A DNA stretch of 61,546 nt, counting the filler, from Sphacelaria rigidula (Eukaryota), in the NCBI GenBank assembly GCA_964200075.2. It is 11 parts of 11 records of this genome, joined end to end, with 100 filler letters (N's around TTAATTAATTAA, not from the genome) between each part and the next. Parts side by side here need not be neighbours in the genome. Positions count along the whole stretch, not along the records: positions 22,419 to 27,922 come from CAXNAA020026783.1; positions 28,023 to 33,526 come from CAXNAA020026784.1; positions 33,627 to 39,130 come from CAXNAA020026785.1; 8 more parts are not named here. One strand, written 5' to 3'. Positions 25,312-38,389 of this stretch are shown piece after piece. Made by a program: the position numbers and the translations under genes. Under the pieces are notes generated by a model, which searched no databases, was not told the DNA's origin, and saw nothing but the letters and a program-made list of their open reading frames with translations. The stretch's first letter is position 1. Each line of letters starts with the position of its first letter.

Positions 25312-27100
25312 AGATGACGGTGTTACGCCGGCTACTCCGTCAAATCTAAGAGAAAAATGGAGTACTGGGTTGGATTCAAGTCATTCGTGTCTAGAAACGC
25401 ATGTGAGAGTTTCACAACAATACTTGCTCTCATGAGTATACCATTGAGTGATATGAACAAGACATGAAAGAACACAAGGCTGAATGTACTAGAGCACATG
25501 ACATTTTGAGATACTGGACGAAATGGAGATAGTACCTCATTTGGTCAGAATCAGACGAAGGAATCGTATTCAAAACTGATCAACAGAGCTGATGGACTAG
25601 ACAGATAATCTTGCATGGGTTTTTGTGGATAAGTTCGAATATCTCCGTAGATGAATAGGTAGATAGCGCGCTTGTAACACTCTTGTCAAAATTCCCTGTT
25701 CGACCAGCGTCGGTGGTGGTGGAAAACTACCGTTGATGAGTCTGACATGATCGTGTTTTTTGTACGCAACTTTTTTAGACGTTGACACGAGACAGCAGGG
25801 GCTTGCTGTGTGAGATGGCAGGATTCGCTGCACAAGACTGGGTGTGTTTCTTTTGTTTCATTTCCTGGAACTATAAGGAGGACATGGTGGGAGTTGCATA
25901 ATTTGTATGACTATTGATATTTGTGGGTAACTAGTGGATATATCTTGGGGAAAAGTGACGTGAGGTGTGACCGACGGTACTGTCAAACCTTCACTCGGTC
26001 TATAGTGGTAATTTTCCCGGACCCACCCACAGGCCACTTGATTAATTTCTCTATGGAGCCAGGGTACAGGTATTTGCCCAACAAAATGCATACCATTCGA
26101 AAGCTACGGATCAGGTCTTTCGAATGAACCTTATTTTAGGTTTCACAGACACGTTGGTGACGAGTTATGTCGAATATACCGTTTCACCAAAAACGCGGGG
26201 GAGCTAGTAAATCTCGACGTGCCGGGCCCCCACCACTTTTGTGAAAATATATATATTATATATATTTTTTGGAATGCTCGCAAAAAACAGATTCTAGATC
26301 ACCTGGTTCTGAACCCGGTTATGCCTGGCTTCAGGTTGAAATTAATCAAGAAGCAAAAACAAATATCCGGAGTACGAAAATATATGGGGGGAAAGTTGCT
26401 CGAGGGCCAATTTCGTGAGTTCGAGACCCGCCGCGGGCATCTTTTTTTTTCCTTGTTTTTTTGGCGACTCGCTACTCCTTTGCGCCTTGCTGCGGGCATT
26501 CCGAAGCTGTGTTTTTTTTTATTTCGATTTCAGTCAAAAATTATGGAGGGAAAATCAAAATTGGGTCTTTGAAAATTACCACTTAACAAAAAATCACCTG
26601 GAGATGTGGGTAGGCATGGCCGAAGACAGTATGACCCATGGTACTTTCAAACAATATGTTGGTTATAGCTGTCGATGTGTTTGGATGACAAGTAGATGCT
26701 GAGAAATTTCCGATCGGGAATCCGTGCTCAGACGAATCCATTTCTGTGATGACCGTGTCGTGTCTTGTGAGTTTTTCAACAGTATTGCAACATTTCTGTC
26801 ATCAATGTCCAGTCATGGATTTTTCCTTTGTTGACCTTCGCATGTAGCACATTTGGTACGATGCTCACCTATATCTTTCACTTGATGTGCAAAAGTAGAC
26901 ATGTACGCGTATACAACCCTATGTACTGTGAACGTCAAGTCAACTATTTCACTACTAATGCTGATTCCAACGATATTAATCCGAGAAAAAAAATCACGCA
27001 CACATACACATTAACTAGACTGAGGTGACACTCGTAGGTGAAACTCTATGCCACGATCTATTAATACGATATTCCATCCCACAACTCAGTCAAGAGAAAA

Positions 27101-27733
27101 ATCGTATGCGGTGCGAGCTGGGCCAGCCAACGATGGGTAGTTTTCTCGCTCAGGCGACGCACGTCGTAAAATTAGGAGTTGGACGCTGAAACTTTGACAG
27201 CAGCTTTTCATGATCGACATGCAGAATTCACGTGAGCAGCAAAGAAAAAAAAAAATCAGGAAGTCATGGAAATTTAAAATTTCAGCATAAGCAAGAGATT
27301 ATAATAAGTACAGGAAAAAAATTGGGAATCTGCAGCTGCTCCTGGGATGTATTATTTCCTTGGGTGCAGAAGGTCTTCGTGAAATTTCAGCTCAATAGTC
27401 GTCGAACTGGGCCGTGCGTGCAACGTTTTGCGTGACGCTGCATCACCCCACTAATACCCAGTGCGGGGTGATTGCTGACGTGAACCCACCGTATAAAAAA
27501 AACTCCGACACGCTATCGCCCAACGAGATGAGACGCACCCCGTACTCTATGCAGTACAAAAACGTCATTGGCAATACGACGCCAATCGAACAGCGACGCA
27601 GTCCTTTATCATCAGCGGGGTCTGCAGTTCACAGTGATATTCTTACATCGGTATCATTCGAGAAACTGGGAAAGCTGTGATGTGAGCAACTTTTAGCCGC
27701 TTTTAAGGTGGCCCAGCTCGCACAACATACGAT
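27101..27733. mobile_element. Non-autonomous TIR transposon (~630 bp)
   Basis: TIR ATCGTATG(CG/TT)GTGCGAGCTGGGCCA at both ends. A copy of the right end opens contig 8 (39231-39292). Confidence 0.75.
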
Positions 27734-27837
27734 CAACTCCAACTCACACCCATGCTGATGGAACGGATCGCTTGATCCGTGGTAGTAAGACCCGAATATG
27801 CTCCACTTCCCTTGTGCGACTCATCGACCTTCGGTAC

Positions 27838-27838
<1 letters not shown>

Positions 27839-27876
<38 letters not shown>

Positions 27877-27922
27877 CGTCCCTTTTATTCTGGGCGCCAG
27901 TCTACCCCTTTCGGGATATGTG
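27839..27922 (-). mobile_element. tRNA-SINE 3' end with (CA)n tail, cut by contig end
   Basis: (TG)n followed by TTATTCTGGGCGCCAGTCTACCCCTTTCGG, matching the SINE 3' end near 2050-2085. Confidence 0.8.
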
Positions 27923-28644
27923 NNNNNNNNNNNNNNNNNNNNNNNNNNNNNNNNNNNNNNNNNNNNTTAATTAATTAANNNNNNNNNNNNNNNNNNNNNN
28001 NNNNNNNNNNNNNNNNNNNNNNGAAGGAAAAAAAAACCAAAAAAAACAATAAAACAAAAAAAAGTGATGAAAAAAAAAAAAAAAAAAACTCGTCGCGGAG
28101 CCCTCTTCGAGCGCAAGTATATGGGTATACACACCTGGAGCGCTCGGTGGGGCACGCAAAACACGAAATAACAAAATTAAACCGATGAGAAGATCGCGTC
28201 GGTCAAGACACACACAGCGACAGGACCCTGCCAGGGCTTCTCATGAAGATGAGCAGAAAGGAATATCGTGGAAGGAGGGTTACGACTCAGCCATCTGGCA
28301 ACCGCAATGCAAACAGGACTTCAACAAGCGAGCAAGCAAGCACGTTATACCCTCCCTACACACACGCAGGAAGAATATTTAACCCAAGAGTGCTGATACT
28401 AAACGGACATCTACGCATTGGCCGGAAAAAAGAAGAGAAAAAAACAAATCATGGCTGAGAGGGTTTTCGTTCTCCAGGTTCTTGACCGCTCTCAAGCGTT
28501 TGTGAATCTTTCGCACCAGCTTCTTCTTTCAAACCAAAACAGGTCGAAGGTTCCTGTGAGCAGCAGCAACCACGCGAGGGACTTGAACACAGCATCTATC
28601 TGCAATCACTCTGTCGAGATTTCCTTGCGGATACCAAATCTCAC

Positions 28645-31600
28645 CTTCCCCGTGGTACAGGCCCGCCTTGTAGGTGCCCACGTACTTCTCCCCATCTTTG
28701 TGCGTTGCAGTTCCCTGCCCGTGAGGCTTGCCGGACGCCCACTCTCCCTGAAAAACGACCACAACACGGTTGAGAATGGCGGGTGAGCGGGGACGCAATG
28801 AAACGCGTAAAATGACGGGAGTATTACAGTAGTGAACATGTACAGGGGTCATGGAGAAGCCCACCGAACACTGCAGATCAAATATACCAGCACTAGTGTG
28901 CCGTTCTAGAACATGTTCTACAACGGTGTGTATTTATCGTGTCGATCAACTCGTGGGGGCGGAGCACCTCTTCTTGACGTTTCAGAAAAGTCAAAGCGCA
29001 GTCTTTGAACTACTCGGCGTGCTCAGCGTCCGGCGCCGTAAGGAGCGAAGACTACTGCCGAGATAGCCCCCCCCCCGAACCGGCCCAAAAAGTGCACGGA
29101 GGAGATGATCACAAATGCCGTTAGAGCTGGTTTACTGCTGCATGACGCGACTCATTTGGGCGTTGTAGCTGATTTTCGGACTGCTACATGCCTCTCGTGT
29201 GGGCAAAATTGCTACAAGCGAGCCCAATAGTGGGATCGCAGCCGGTTTGTGGGGGGGCTATCTCGGCAGTAGTCAAACATGGACAGGAGGTAAGCCAAAT
29301 GATCCGAATCATGATCCCGATCACTATACTGAGATGACGTAATTTTCAGACGAATCATGATCTATCCGACGACGTGTGAAATACATCAAGTGGAAGTCGT
29401 TGTTCGTCACGTGAAAAGTGTATGCCAGACCTAGACAAATCGATCCACCCCCAGCCAGTGAAACGGTTTGAAAACCCGCACGTGAATGGTGTACCTGAAT
29501 CCATCAGCCATCTTCCATTAAAGTGGGCATGACGCAAATTCAACAGACGAGGATACGATTGGGGGGTGGTCAAAGGGTCAAGCGCAGGGTAGGCCTCAGG
29601 GGAGATATGGGCTGATCCTTCAACCCCTTGGGCGCCAGTGATACCACTCTTCGCAACAATGATTTCACCGACTGACGTTCGACGAGCACCAGATCCCTCT
29701 CTCCGAAACAAACATTTTCACCAACGAACTTTTGATACGAGCCACATCTCTTTTCGAGACGACATTTTCACAGACTGACTTTTAACGGGCACAAAAACTC
29801 TTTTCGGAACGACAATTTCACCGAATGATCTCCGTCGCCGTCTGACGCTACTACTTTACTTTGCGAATAATTTCACCAACTGACTTTCAAAGTGCGCGAT
29901 AAATCTCTTTTCGAAACAACATTTTCACCGACTGATGTTCGACGGGCGTCTGACCTTTTTTTTCGAGACAGCTGTTGCTGCCTGACTTATGACAAGCGCA
30001 ATACCTCTTTTAGGAACGATCATTTCACCGCGGGCGCTTCGACAGCGGTACTGCAACTCCGACACTGTAGCTGAGCAACAGCTCCTGTGTGTGTGCGGGT
30101 GTGTGTTGTCATCCCATATTATCTGGACGCCGGCCTAAACCTTTCGGTATATGTGGGCGCATCGCCCCAGTCAAGGTCACACAGGAGAAAGGCCAACACG
30201 GCAAGGTAATCTTTCAAACTGTTTCAATTCTCCACCTTCCTTCTGCGGTGCTTGCCTATATATATCGTCTTTCTTTTCGCCCTTCACTTGTCGAAAAAAT
30301 AAAATTCAACCCACCATCCAACCCATCCCAATCCCAACTTTCATTTGTCCAAACAATAAAATCTTAAATTTATTATTAATCCTACTACTTTTTGAAATGT
30401 GAAGTTCGATTTTCCCATGCAAGCGCTCCTCTATATAAGTTCATGGAAACATTAGATTAAGTAAGTAAGCAATCCAGGATTGTATTATTTTTTATCGCGA
30501 GAGGGGTTCAGCCGTTCCTTTCCCTCGTCGACCGTCACGTCGAGTTTTTGTGTACCCAAGACATGGTCGCTCTCCACCGTTGGGCATTGTGTGACCAAAA
30601 ATCCCAGATCGTGTGACTGCACCGAGATTCGAAGCAACGACTCAACTGTCAGAAGGCTTCGAGATTACCAACTGAGCCACCGGGGCGACCGACTCCTGTG
30701 CGAGAAATATCCTAAAATGACAACATACCATGTACTAAATGATTCCTCAATTCTGTTTCATGCACTTTTTTTCTCAACTCGAGTAATTCTCCTCTGCGTA
30801 CGTCCAGTGACTGACGTAGGGTCCATTTCAAACTTTTCGCACGGGACACAGAAGAGCAGTTACGGACGTGTCGGAGCGGGAATTGGCGGGGGGGAAGGGG
30901 GCTAATTGTGAGATGGAAAAAGAAGACAAGAAAACACGCCCACCTCGTAGGTCCCGGCGTTGGCATACCACATTCGACCGAAGCCGTGCCGCTTGTCCTT
31001 GAAGAAGTGCCCCTCGTAGTGGGCCTTCTTCCGGTACTCAGCTTTGCCGAAGCCCCACTTCATGTCGTCTTTCCACTCACCCTCGTACCTGATCACATCA
31101 CAAAAATAGTTCAGCGAGAAAAAATAGTGCGACGAAGTGTGCGTAAGCTGAGAAGAAAAAGAAGAAGTAATGCGGCAACATGAATGGCGCGACTACATGA
31201 ATAATTCGACAAGTTTGAACAGTGCGCATTAAATAGACAGTGCGTCAACATACCCTTACCCTGTAGTTCTGTGAATTTTGTGATGAGTCAACCAATCAAT
31301 ACATCGATAACAGGGAGGAATTGCCCAAGGAATAAACACTATCCACCTCAAATAGCTAGGTAGCAAGTTACGACTATCTCGAATATCTAGTTAACAAGTT
31401 ACGACTATCTCGAATGTCTTCTTAACAAGTTACGACTACCTCGAATATCTAGATAACAAGTTATGACTATCTCAGATATTTAGGTAACCCCCCGAAAACC
31501 TCGCTGAAAAGCCCAGAATAGCGATGTCGACGGGATAAGGGATTGCCCGTCCAATCCTCGATGCTGAAATGGGTATATACGGGGGGAGAGATGGCTTCAT

Positions 31601-33385
31601 CCCTCGGGACTTCGGCATCATCCCGCAGAGGGGCGGGGGATCAAAAGCATGGCAGTAAACAAGAACAACGAAAAAAAACGTAAAGCTCACTTGTTTCCAT
31701 TGGCGTAGAAGTACGTTCCCCGTCCCTGACACTTGCCGTTGTCGAACTGACCCTCGTACCTGTAGCAAAATCAACAGGCAAACAAAGACGGAAGTGCAAA
31801 CAAATGTTATCGTGGTGGTACCGTATATGTACGCGCTCAGAGGTCGAATAATCGTGACATGCTTGGTGCGTACATCCATCACCGCCTTCATAGCCCGTCA
31901 CAAACGGTTTCATGAAAAGAGTTTCACCCTCTGATCATCAACAGACAACAGCCTACCGTAGTACCTTCTCTACTACAGGAATTTTACCAAAGCATCACCC
32001 TCCTCACTGCTAGCTCTTCGCCATCGTCTCCCACTAAGGAAGGAAGGAAGGAAGGAAGGAAGGAAGGAAGGCAGGCGGAGCAGAGCAGAGCAGCAATACA
32101 CCTCTCACCTTGCGCCAGTAGCGTAGTGATAGATGCCCTCTCCGTGTGACTTTCCAGATTTCCATTGCCCCACATATCGATTCCCGGACGCATACCATGC
32201 CGTTCCCTCTCCTATTTCAAGCCAAACACGAATTTTATTCAGGGAAGATATATATATATTAATATATATATTAATGTACACATATCCAAACATGATTGAT
32301 GGGAATGGGATTTGCGCGGCACGGGAAAACGAATATGAAAATGTGAATACATGCACGAATAAAAGGGAAAAGAGGAAGAAGGCGGCGACAAGGACAGATT
32401 TCGCGACAATTCACCATGTTCATTTTCATGTCCAGTACGATGGAGGGTAAAAGAGACTTCAACGCTTACTAGAGCGGAAACACACACGCGATTGCAGAGC
32501 AGCTACAGGTGACTGTGAGCAATCATCAATACGGCAGATGGCTCGAGCTATATGCGTGCCGATAGCCTAGCGGGTCCGGGCCCCGTTATTTCCCCGGAGG
32601 TGTTGTCTCTTTCGCCAACACAACACAACTACTCCGAGCCCCCGGCGGTGCAGGGGAAAAGCGGCCTGCTTGCGCATGGACGGGAAAGAGGTGAGAGAGT
32701 CCTCCGGAGTTCAGCTCCCGCTTTCCTCTCCGAAACACAGGGGAAGCAACAATGGAACAAGAGTTCGAACCACAGCCGCAACTCGCGACATGCTCCACAG
32801 CACAGCACAGCACGGCTCAGCACAGCACAGCACATCACAGCAGAGAACGGGAAACGGCAATGCTCTCCGCAATCTCCACAGCGTAAAACGAAACTCATAT
32901 GAACCACGTGAGACGAACGCACACACACGGACACAAACGCTAAAGATACAAGCATCTGGTCGATCCTCCATGCATACCGCGCTGTTGCTCGGCCGTGCTG
33001 TGCCATGCGGTCCTCCCTCTTCACCAGCACGGCTGTACATAATCTACACGGTGCAACAGTCTGCACCCCTAAAGATGAAGATACGGCACGTACGCACCGT
33101 GCTTGACATTTTCTCGCCAGTGCCCCTCAAAGCTAGACTCATCAGGGTACACTCATAGGCGAATAAACTATGAGACAGAGACGCCATGTCGCACACATGC
33201 ATGTGTAATGTAGTACAGCCTATGATGCGATACGCACCGTGCTTGACATTTTCCTGCCACTGCCCCTCGTAGCTAGACCCATCAGGGTACAAGAACGAGC
33301 CGCTGCCGTGTCGCTTCCCACTCTGTAGCTCTCCGATGTACCGCCCACCGGAAGAGTAAGTAAACACGCCACTTTTCTTCTTGCC
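28645..33385 (-). CDS. MORN-repeat protein, internal exons
   Basis: Exons 33385-33238, 32211-32109, 31759-31691 (69 nt, one 23-aa repeat length), 31088-30944 and 28747-28645, all AG/GT bounded with consistent phases (1,2,2,0). Repeated YEG.W..GK.HG.G...Y..G motif. Possible further exon end at 33526-33515. Confidence 0.95.
29050..29274. mobile_element. MITE with 24-bp perfect TIR (3-bp TSD family), intronic
   Basis: GACTACTGCCGAGATAGCCCCCCC ... GGGGGGGCTATCTCGGCAGTAGTC. Second copy at 37921-38171 is flanked by TTC/TTC. Confidence 0.9.
29660..30030. repeat. Degenerate ~50-bp tandem repeat
   Basis: Recurrent ATTTTCACCGACTGAC...CTCTTTTCGA(A/G)AC blocks. Confidence 0.65.
30087..30692 (-). mobile_element. 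tRNA-SINE, full length, interrupted by a ~200-bp insertion (~30265-30480)
   Basis: Head GTCGCCCCGGTGGCTCAGTTGG...TTCGAATC. Body matches 2033-2410 on both sides of an AT-rich insert that resembles 20520-20760. Confidence 0.85.
31364..31484. repeat. 31-bp minisatellite, about 4 copies, intronic
   Basis: CAAGTTACGACTATCTCGAATATCTAGTTAA at 31364, 31395, 31426 and 31457. Confidence 0.95.
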
Positions 33386-36300
33386 CTGTCTCGGTATATA
33401 AGAGAAGAGATCGTCAGCCGGACACAAGAAACAAACACCGTTTGACAGCGAAGACCCGACAGTCAGTGAGTCGGTGAGTCGGTGAGTCGGTGATGGGGTG
33501 TCTGTTTTCCTCACCCCGCCACGCTTNNNNNNNNNNNNNNNNNNNNNNNNNNNNNNNNNNNNNNNNNNNNTTAATTAATTAANNNNNNNNNNNNNNNNNN
33601 NNNNNNNNNNNNNNNNNNNNNNNNNNGTTGGGTTTGTCCAATGATATCACGCGACGGGCGAAGTGTGCCAATTGTGTGCATCAACGAAACTCTTGCAAAA
33701 CAGTACAAACTCCTATACATGTGATTTTTGTCAGTAAAATATGTGAAATACCTCAATTCGAGGTCGGTGCACGAACCCGTCACATTAGTATACTTGAAGT
33801 TAGAGTGGCGCACTAGTATACTTGAAATTAGAATGGTGCACCGTTTTAGTGGGCTGCATCGTCAACAGTTCGCGAGCGTAGGAAGCCACACAACACAGCC
33901 GGCGACAATGATATGGCGGAGCACGTGGAAATCTCGTCGCCACATGTGGAAGAGCTGAAGAGCGACCCATAAGCAATTCACGTTCAGCTGCAAGAGGTGG
34001 CTGAGAAGCACGGCCAGGGCGCTGCCAGGCGTTTCGCTGAAAAAGCTACCAGGGCGGTTGGGGCAGCCCATGCCCCCCGGCGCACACCGCCCCCCCCGCT
34101 CGCTTACCAAACGTCAACACAGTAACCGCCGCAAGTGAAAACGCTGCGAGGCACGCAGGATTATGTATGAGACACCAGGAGGACGTGATTGCAAGCTTCC
34201 AGACAGACGATGTACTAGCAAAACGGTCGACAAACGACCGGGACCGCCTTTCGCAACCAGCCTGAGTAAACTACAACTACAGTCAGTAACTACACCTCAC
34301 TACAGTCCAGTATAACTGCAGAACGATGTAACGGTTTTCCATGCCAGAAGACAGAAGGTATGCAATATCATTGCATGAAATCCCAACGCCACCCACGACG
34401 TAAGACGGTCCAAAGGCGATAGCGCCACCAGGAGCAATACACATCACGCCGCACAAAGTGCGGCTGTGCAACGTTCAGACATGACCAACCCCCAATATAA
34501 AGCTCGTGTTGTGGGAACATACAGCACAAAGCGCAGGATGAGATATACCGTAAGATCACAGCCTATAAAGTGACTGCCTGTATCGGATATGCCAAAGTAA
34601 CGGCCCCCGCCTACGCTGCACCAGGAGGATGTATAACGACGGGGTACATGACATCCTCGACGCCGTCATGGAATGAATGATCAAACCGCAGTTTGGTGCC
34701 GTATAAACGCGTACGACAGAGCACAGTAGCTGCACGGCATGAGTTTACCCTTGACATGAGCTGAAAATATCATGATCACACGCAGTACAGAGGAGTAGGT
34801 CAACACATACATCCCGACAGGGCCTGACGGTGACTGTCTGCGAATACAGACAGTAGACGGGGGCATAAGTGAGGTAAGTGTGCCGTCGGTTTCGCCTTTG
34901 TTATTTCAACTTAGGCGCAATCTAGCTATGATGCGGTGCAAAGCATCTCCTGCATGTGCGGCGTGAAGATTGCTTCACGGAGAGTCAGCCGTGCACTCTA
35001 GCCGGGGCTACAAAACATCGACGGGCCGAACAATTCGTCATACCCGTAAAAAAGAGGACCTTCTAACCTTCTTTTCTTCCACGTTCCATTTGCACGGATC
35101 TGAAAAGCACACTTTGGGCGAATCGTTTGCTCAAAAGCTGTAGAAAAACAACCATTTCTTGCCCGAAAAAAACTCACATGTAAATCGTCAATTTTCCATC
35201 AACGGTTCCAAAAGGGTCAATGCGGGCTGTGAGGACTGCGTGGACAACGAGGAGCCGCCAGCAACCGACCACAATGATGGGAACACTGACGAGACACGTG
35301 CTTTACTGTCTGTCAAGAGCCGTTCCGTGTATGTGATACAACGCATGTGTCTAGAGCTAGAGCCAGAGGCTGTTGCTGTGGAGTTGTGTTTGTCTGCTCT
35401 CAATTTTTCTGCGTGTGAAACGGTATCATTCTCGCCGCATTCTTCGCCGACACAGCAGCATTGAATATCGAACGGAAAAAAAAAAAAGTTCGATACAATT
35501 ATTCGACGTATCGATCTCAAGACGTCGATATCGATAGTTTTTTCGATACGCGGAAAATGGGCCGATACGTATCGATACTCGTTACTGATACTCGATACGA
35601 TACGATACGGCTGTTTTGGTGGGGTCACAGCTTGCAAGACTTCACGGTACTACCCTGACACTGGCAACCTAACCCGGATTGCACGCCTGATTGTATGAAG
35701 GTACAGCAGCACCAGTGTGTGATTTGTGATTTGTCATCTGACATCATAGAAGTGGCGGCAAAACACGCGGCGTGATGCTTCGGTTTGACAAAAATGGTTC
35801 ATCGTGCAAGAGGAAAGTCGCAAAAGAGGTAGTTGATCACAACTCAAGGTGTGATGCACGATGAATAGTGTGTTGTTCGAGTCGGTGATATCGCAAAGTA
35901 TATTCCGCGGTCGCTATTCCGTCATGTTCCTATCGAATTGGAGCATTTATCTTGGCTCTGCGCACTGCGAACTGCGATAGCACTCCTTATTCAATAACCG
36001 CGCCAACCGTTGAAACTGGGCGAAAAATGATGAATGCAAATGCGCGCTCGCTTTTTCTTTTCTCCATACCAAACAAGGGATAAGTCGGCAGCAGGACCAT
36101 TTTTTCTTTTTGTCGGCTACACAACGAAGTATACTCTCCAGACACCTAAACGCCGAAGCAATAGAATTCCAAAGCTTGTATAAAAAATTGTATATAATTG
36201 TAGCTGGACTCATGGCGCGAGGAGCGAGTGTTCGAGTGGAAACGCTTCTCTACACTGTGCACGGGATCGTGGTTCGAGTGCTGCTGTTTCTCAGGAGCGG

Positions 36301-37121
36301 GGTGGAGAACTACAAAGAAGGCATTACCTGAGGTTCTTGCTGTTGTGGTGAGCGCCGAGTTTGATGCTGATGTTGAGGAGCAAGTGCGAGGTGATTGAGT
36401 GCTTGTTGAGAATGACGAAACACATTATGACTGGTATTCGCGAATCGTTTTGAGAATGATTGCAGCTTGCTATTGTGTGGTTTGTGGTCATGTTTGCGCA
36501 TGAAACATGGTTGTGGAGCGCGTATAATCGTATCGCGTGTGCAAGGTAAAACTCTGCTACACGTGGATATTTGGCATGTGTGTGTTGTGCTGATCTGGTT
36601 GGCACGAACGATGCATGGTGTTTGCTGCGAGGAAGGTGGCATTGCATGTGCTGAGTGAAATATTGGCATGCATGTGCGGATTTTCATATGCTGAGTGGAG
36701 TTTTTGCAGGAATATGCGAATTTTTGCTCGAATGGTATTGATATGAATGGTATCTGGTGACAACCTAGGGTGGGTCAGTTATCAATATATTGCTGTATGC
36801 TACATGAAGTGAAGCTCGTATAACCTTATTCGTGCAGGAACACAGTCGAACCATACTTGTGCGGTTTGCACGTACTGACTGCAGGATATATGGATTGCTG
36901 CCGTGAGTGTGAAAATGAGAGAAAGAAACTACGAAATGCGTAGGCTCGTACTGACTGTAGGAGACGGTGACACCTGCTGCTGTTAGCGTGAAAATGAGCT
37001 GAAAGATACGAAATGTGTAGGCTCGTCATATGTGAGCAGGCATGACGCGAGTGCTTCCGGTGGTTAAAGATAAAGACGTTATGCGCGCATGCATCAATGA
37101 TCTTTGACCGTGGCACGTTTT

Positions 37122-37920
37122 TGTATGGATTATCACGTGTTTGAAAGAGCAAGTGGTTGGTTTTTCGTTCATGTCAGAAGGGGCATATGGATGATGCGCC
37201 CTATAGAGCCCTCCTGGACTCAGAACAAGGTCACAAGATTACTCCATGGGCTTCCTCCCTCACTAGGGCCTGGAGACTTCAAGACAGTTGTTATTCATAA
37301 ACACACAGCCTTCGTTATCGGAAGTAACCACACGCGTGAAGCATGTGATGTTCAAATCCACATAGTCTGCCGACCAGACCCGTAAGTCCGTCAACCAATA
37401 GAAAACGCCTACAGCAGATTGTTCCACTTGTAGATCATCATGAACCTGCACGTACGTGTACTGGAGGTGGACTACTCTACAGCACCCCCCAAAACTCTGC
37501 ACTACTCGAAGTAGAACGCGAGTTTGACAAAACAGTACACACCGATTATCACGTATGCTACCTTTGTCCCCCCGGTAGTGACACACGACCTTGTACTGTC
37601 ATGTTCCACGAAAAATGATGACGTGCACAACCTTGAACATCTACACTCAAAGACAATATCATAAGCGAACTCAGGGAAGTCAACCATTCTTCAACGGTAA
37701 TTTCCACGTAAGTATTCTCACACAAAGCAAAGGTGTCAAGTAAAGTACCATCTCAACCAGTAGCATTCGATATCATCATATTTCAAATCTTCATACCATA
37801 CTTTGCCTGCAAAAGTGCTCGCAACTTTTTACTTAGTCCCAAGTTACGCAGCTCAGATTTTACAAATTGCGGGTCTCCATCCAAAATATTTTCCCGAGGC
37901 TCCCACGAGTTTTCATCTTC
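37122..37920 (-). mobile_element. Chromovirus (Ty3/Gypsy) 3' remnant: chromodomain tail, PPT and 3' LTR
   Basis: Peptide DENSWEPRENILDGDPQFVKSELR...* (37920-37783) has the chromodomain WEPxEN motif. Downstream GGGGGG PPT then TGTAGAG at 37481; candidate LTR end TACA at 37122. Confidence 0.62.
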
Positions 37921-38171
37921 GACTGCTGCCGAGATAGCCCCCCCAAAAAACCGGCCGAAAACGTGCACGGAGGCGATGATCATAACTGCCGTTAAAGCTG
38001 GTTTCGTGCTGCACGACGCGACTGATTTGGGCATTATAATAGCTGATTTCAGACTGCTACACGCCTCTCATGTGAGCGGAATTGCTGCAAACGAGCCCAA
38101 TAGTGGGATCGCAGCCGGTTTGTTGGATGGTTCCGGTGCACTTTTTGTGGGGGGCTATCTCGGCATGAGTC
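37921..38171. mobile_element. MITE (same family as 29050-29274) inserted in the chromodomain
   Basis: Same TIR and interior; TTC direct repeat on both flanks. Confidence 0.88.
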
Positions 38172-38204
38172 TTCGTCTGGTTCAGAGGCTCCTAACGATT
38201 CTAG

Positions 38205-38389
38205 ACGCACAAGAATACGGGTCAGGGCATCCCCGTTTGCAGAATTATTCGGGATATCCCCAGCACATTCGAATATTAATCCTGGCGTACTCTTTCATAT
38301 TTTTATAAGTCGTGTTTTGGATGAGATAAGGGGCTTCTAAAAATTCTTCTCTCAGAAATTATTTCTGTACCCCTACCGTAGCATCACTC
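38205..38389. mobile_element. ~185-bp repeat ending CCGTAGCATCACTC (ATGCTACG family); copies at 38955-39130 (inverted) and 47178-47403
   Basis: Three collinear copies. The two complete ones start GCACAAGAATAYGGGTCAGGG and end CCCYACCGTAGCATCACTC. Confidence 0.85.

Noticed and set aside
37733..38308. 191-aa plus-strand ORF
   Set aside because: Chance frame across an antisense chromovirus remnant and two MITEs.
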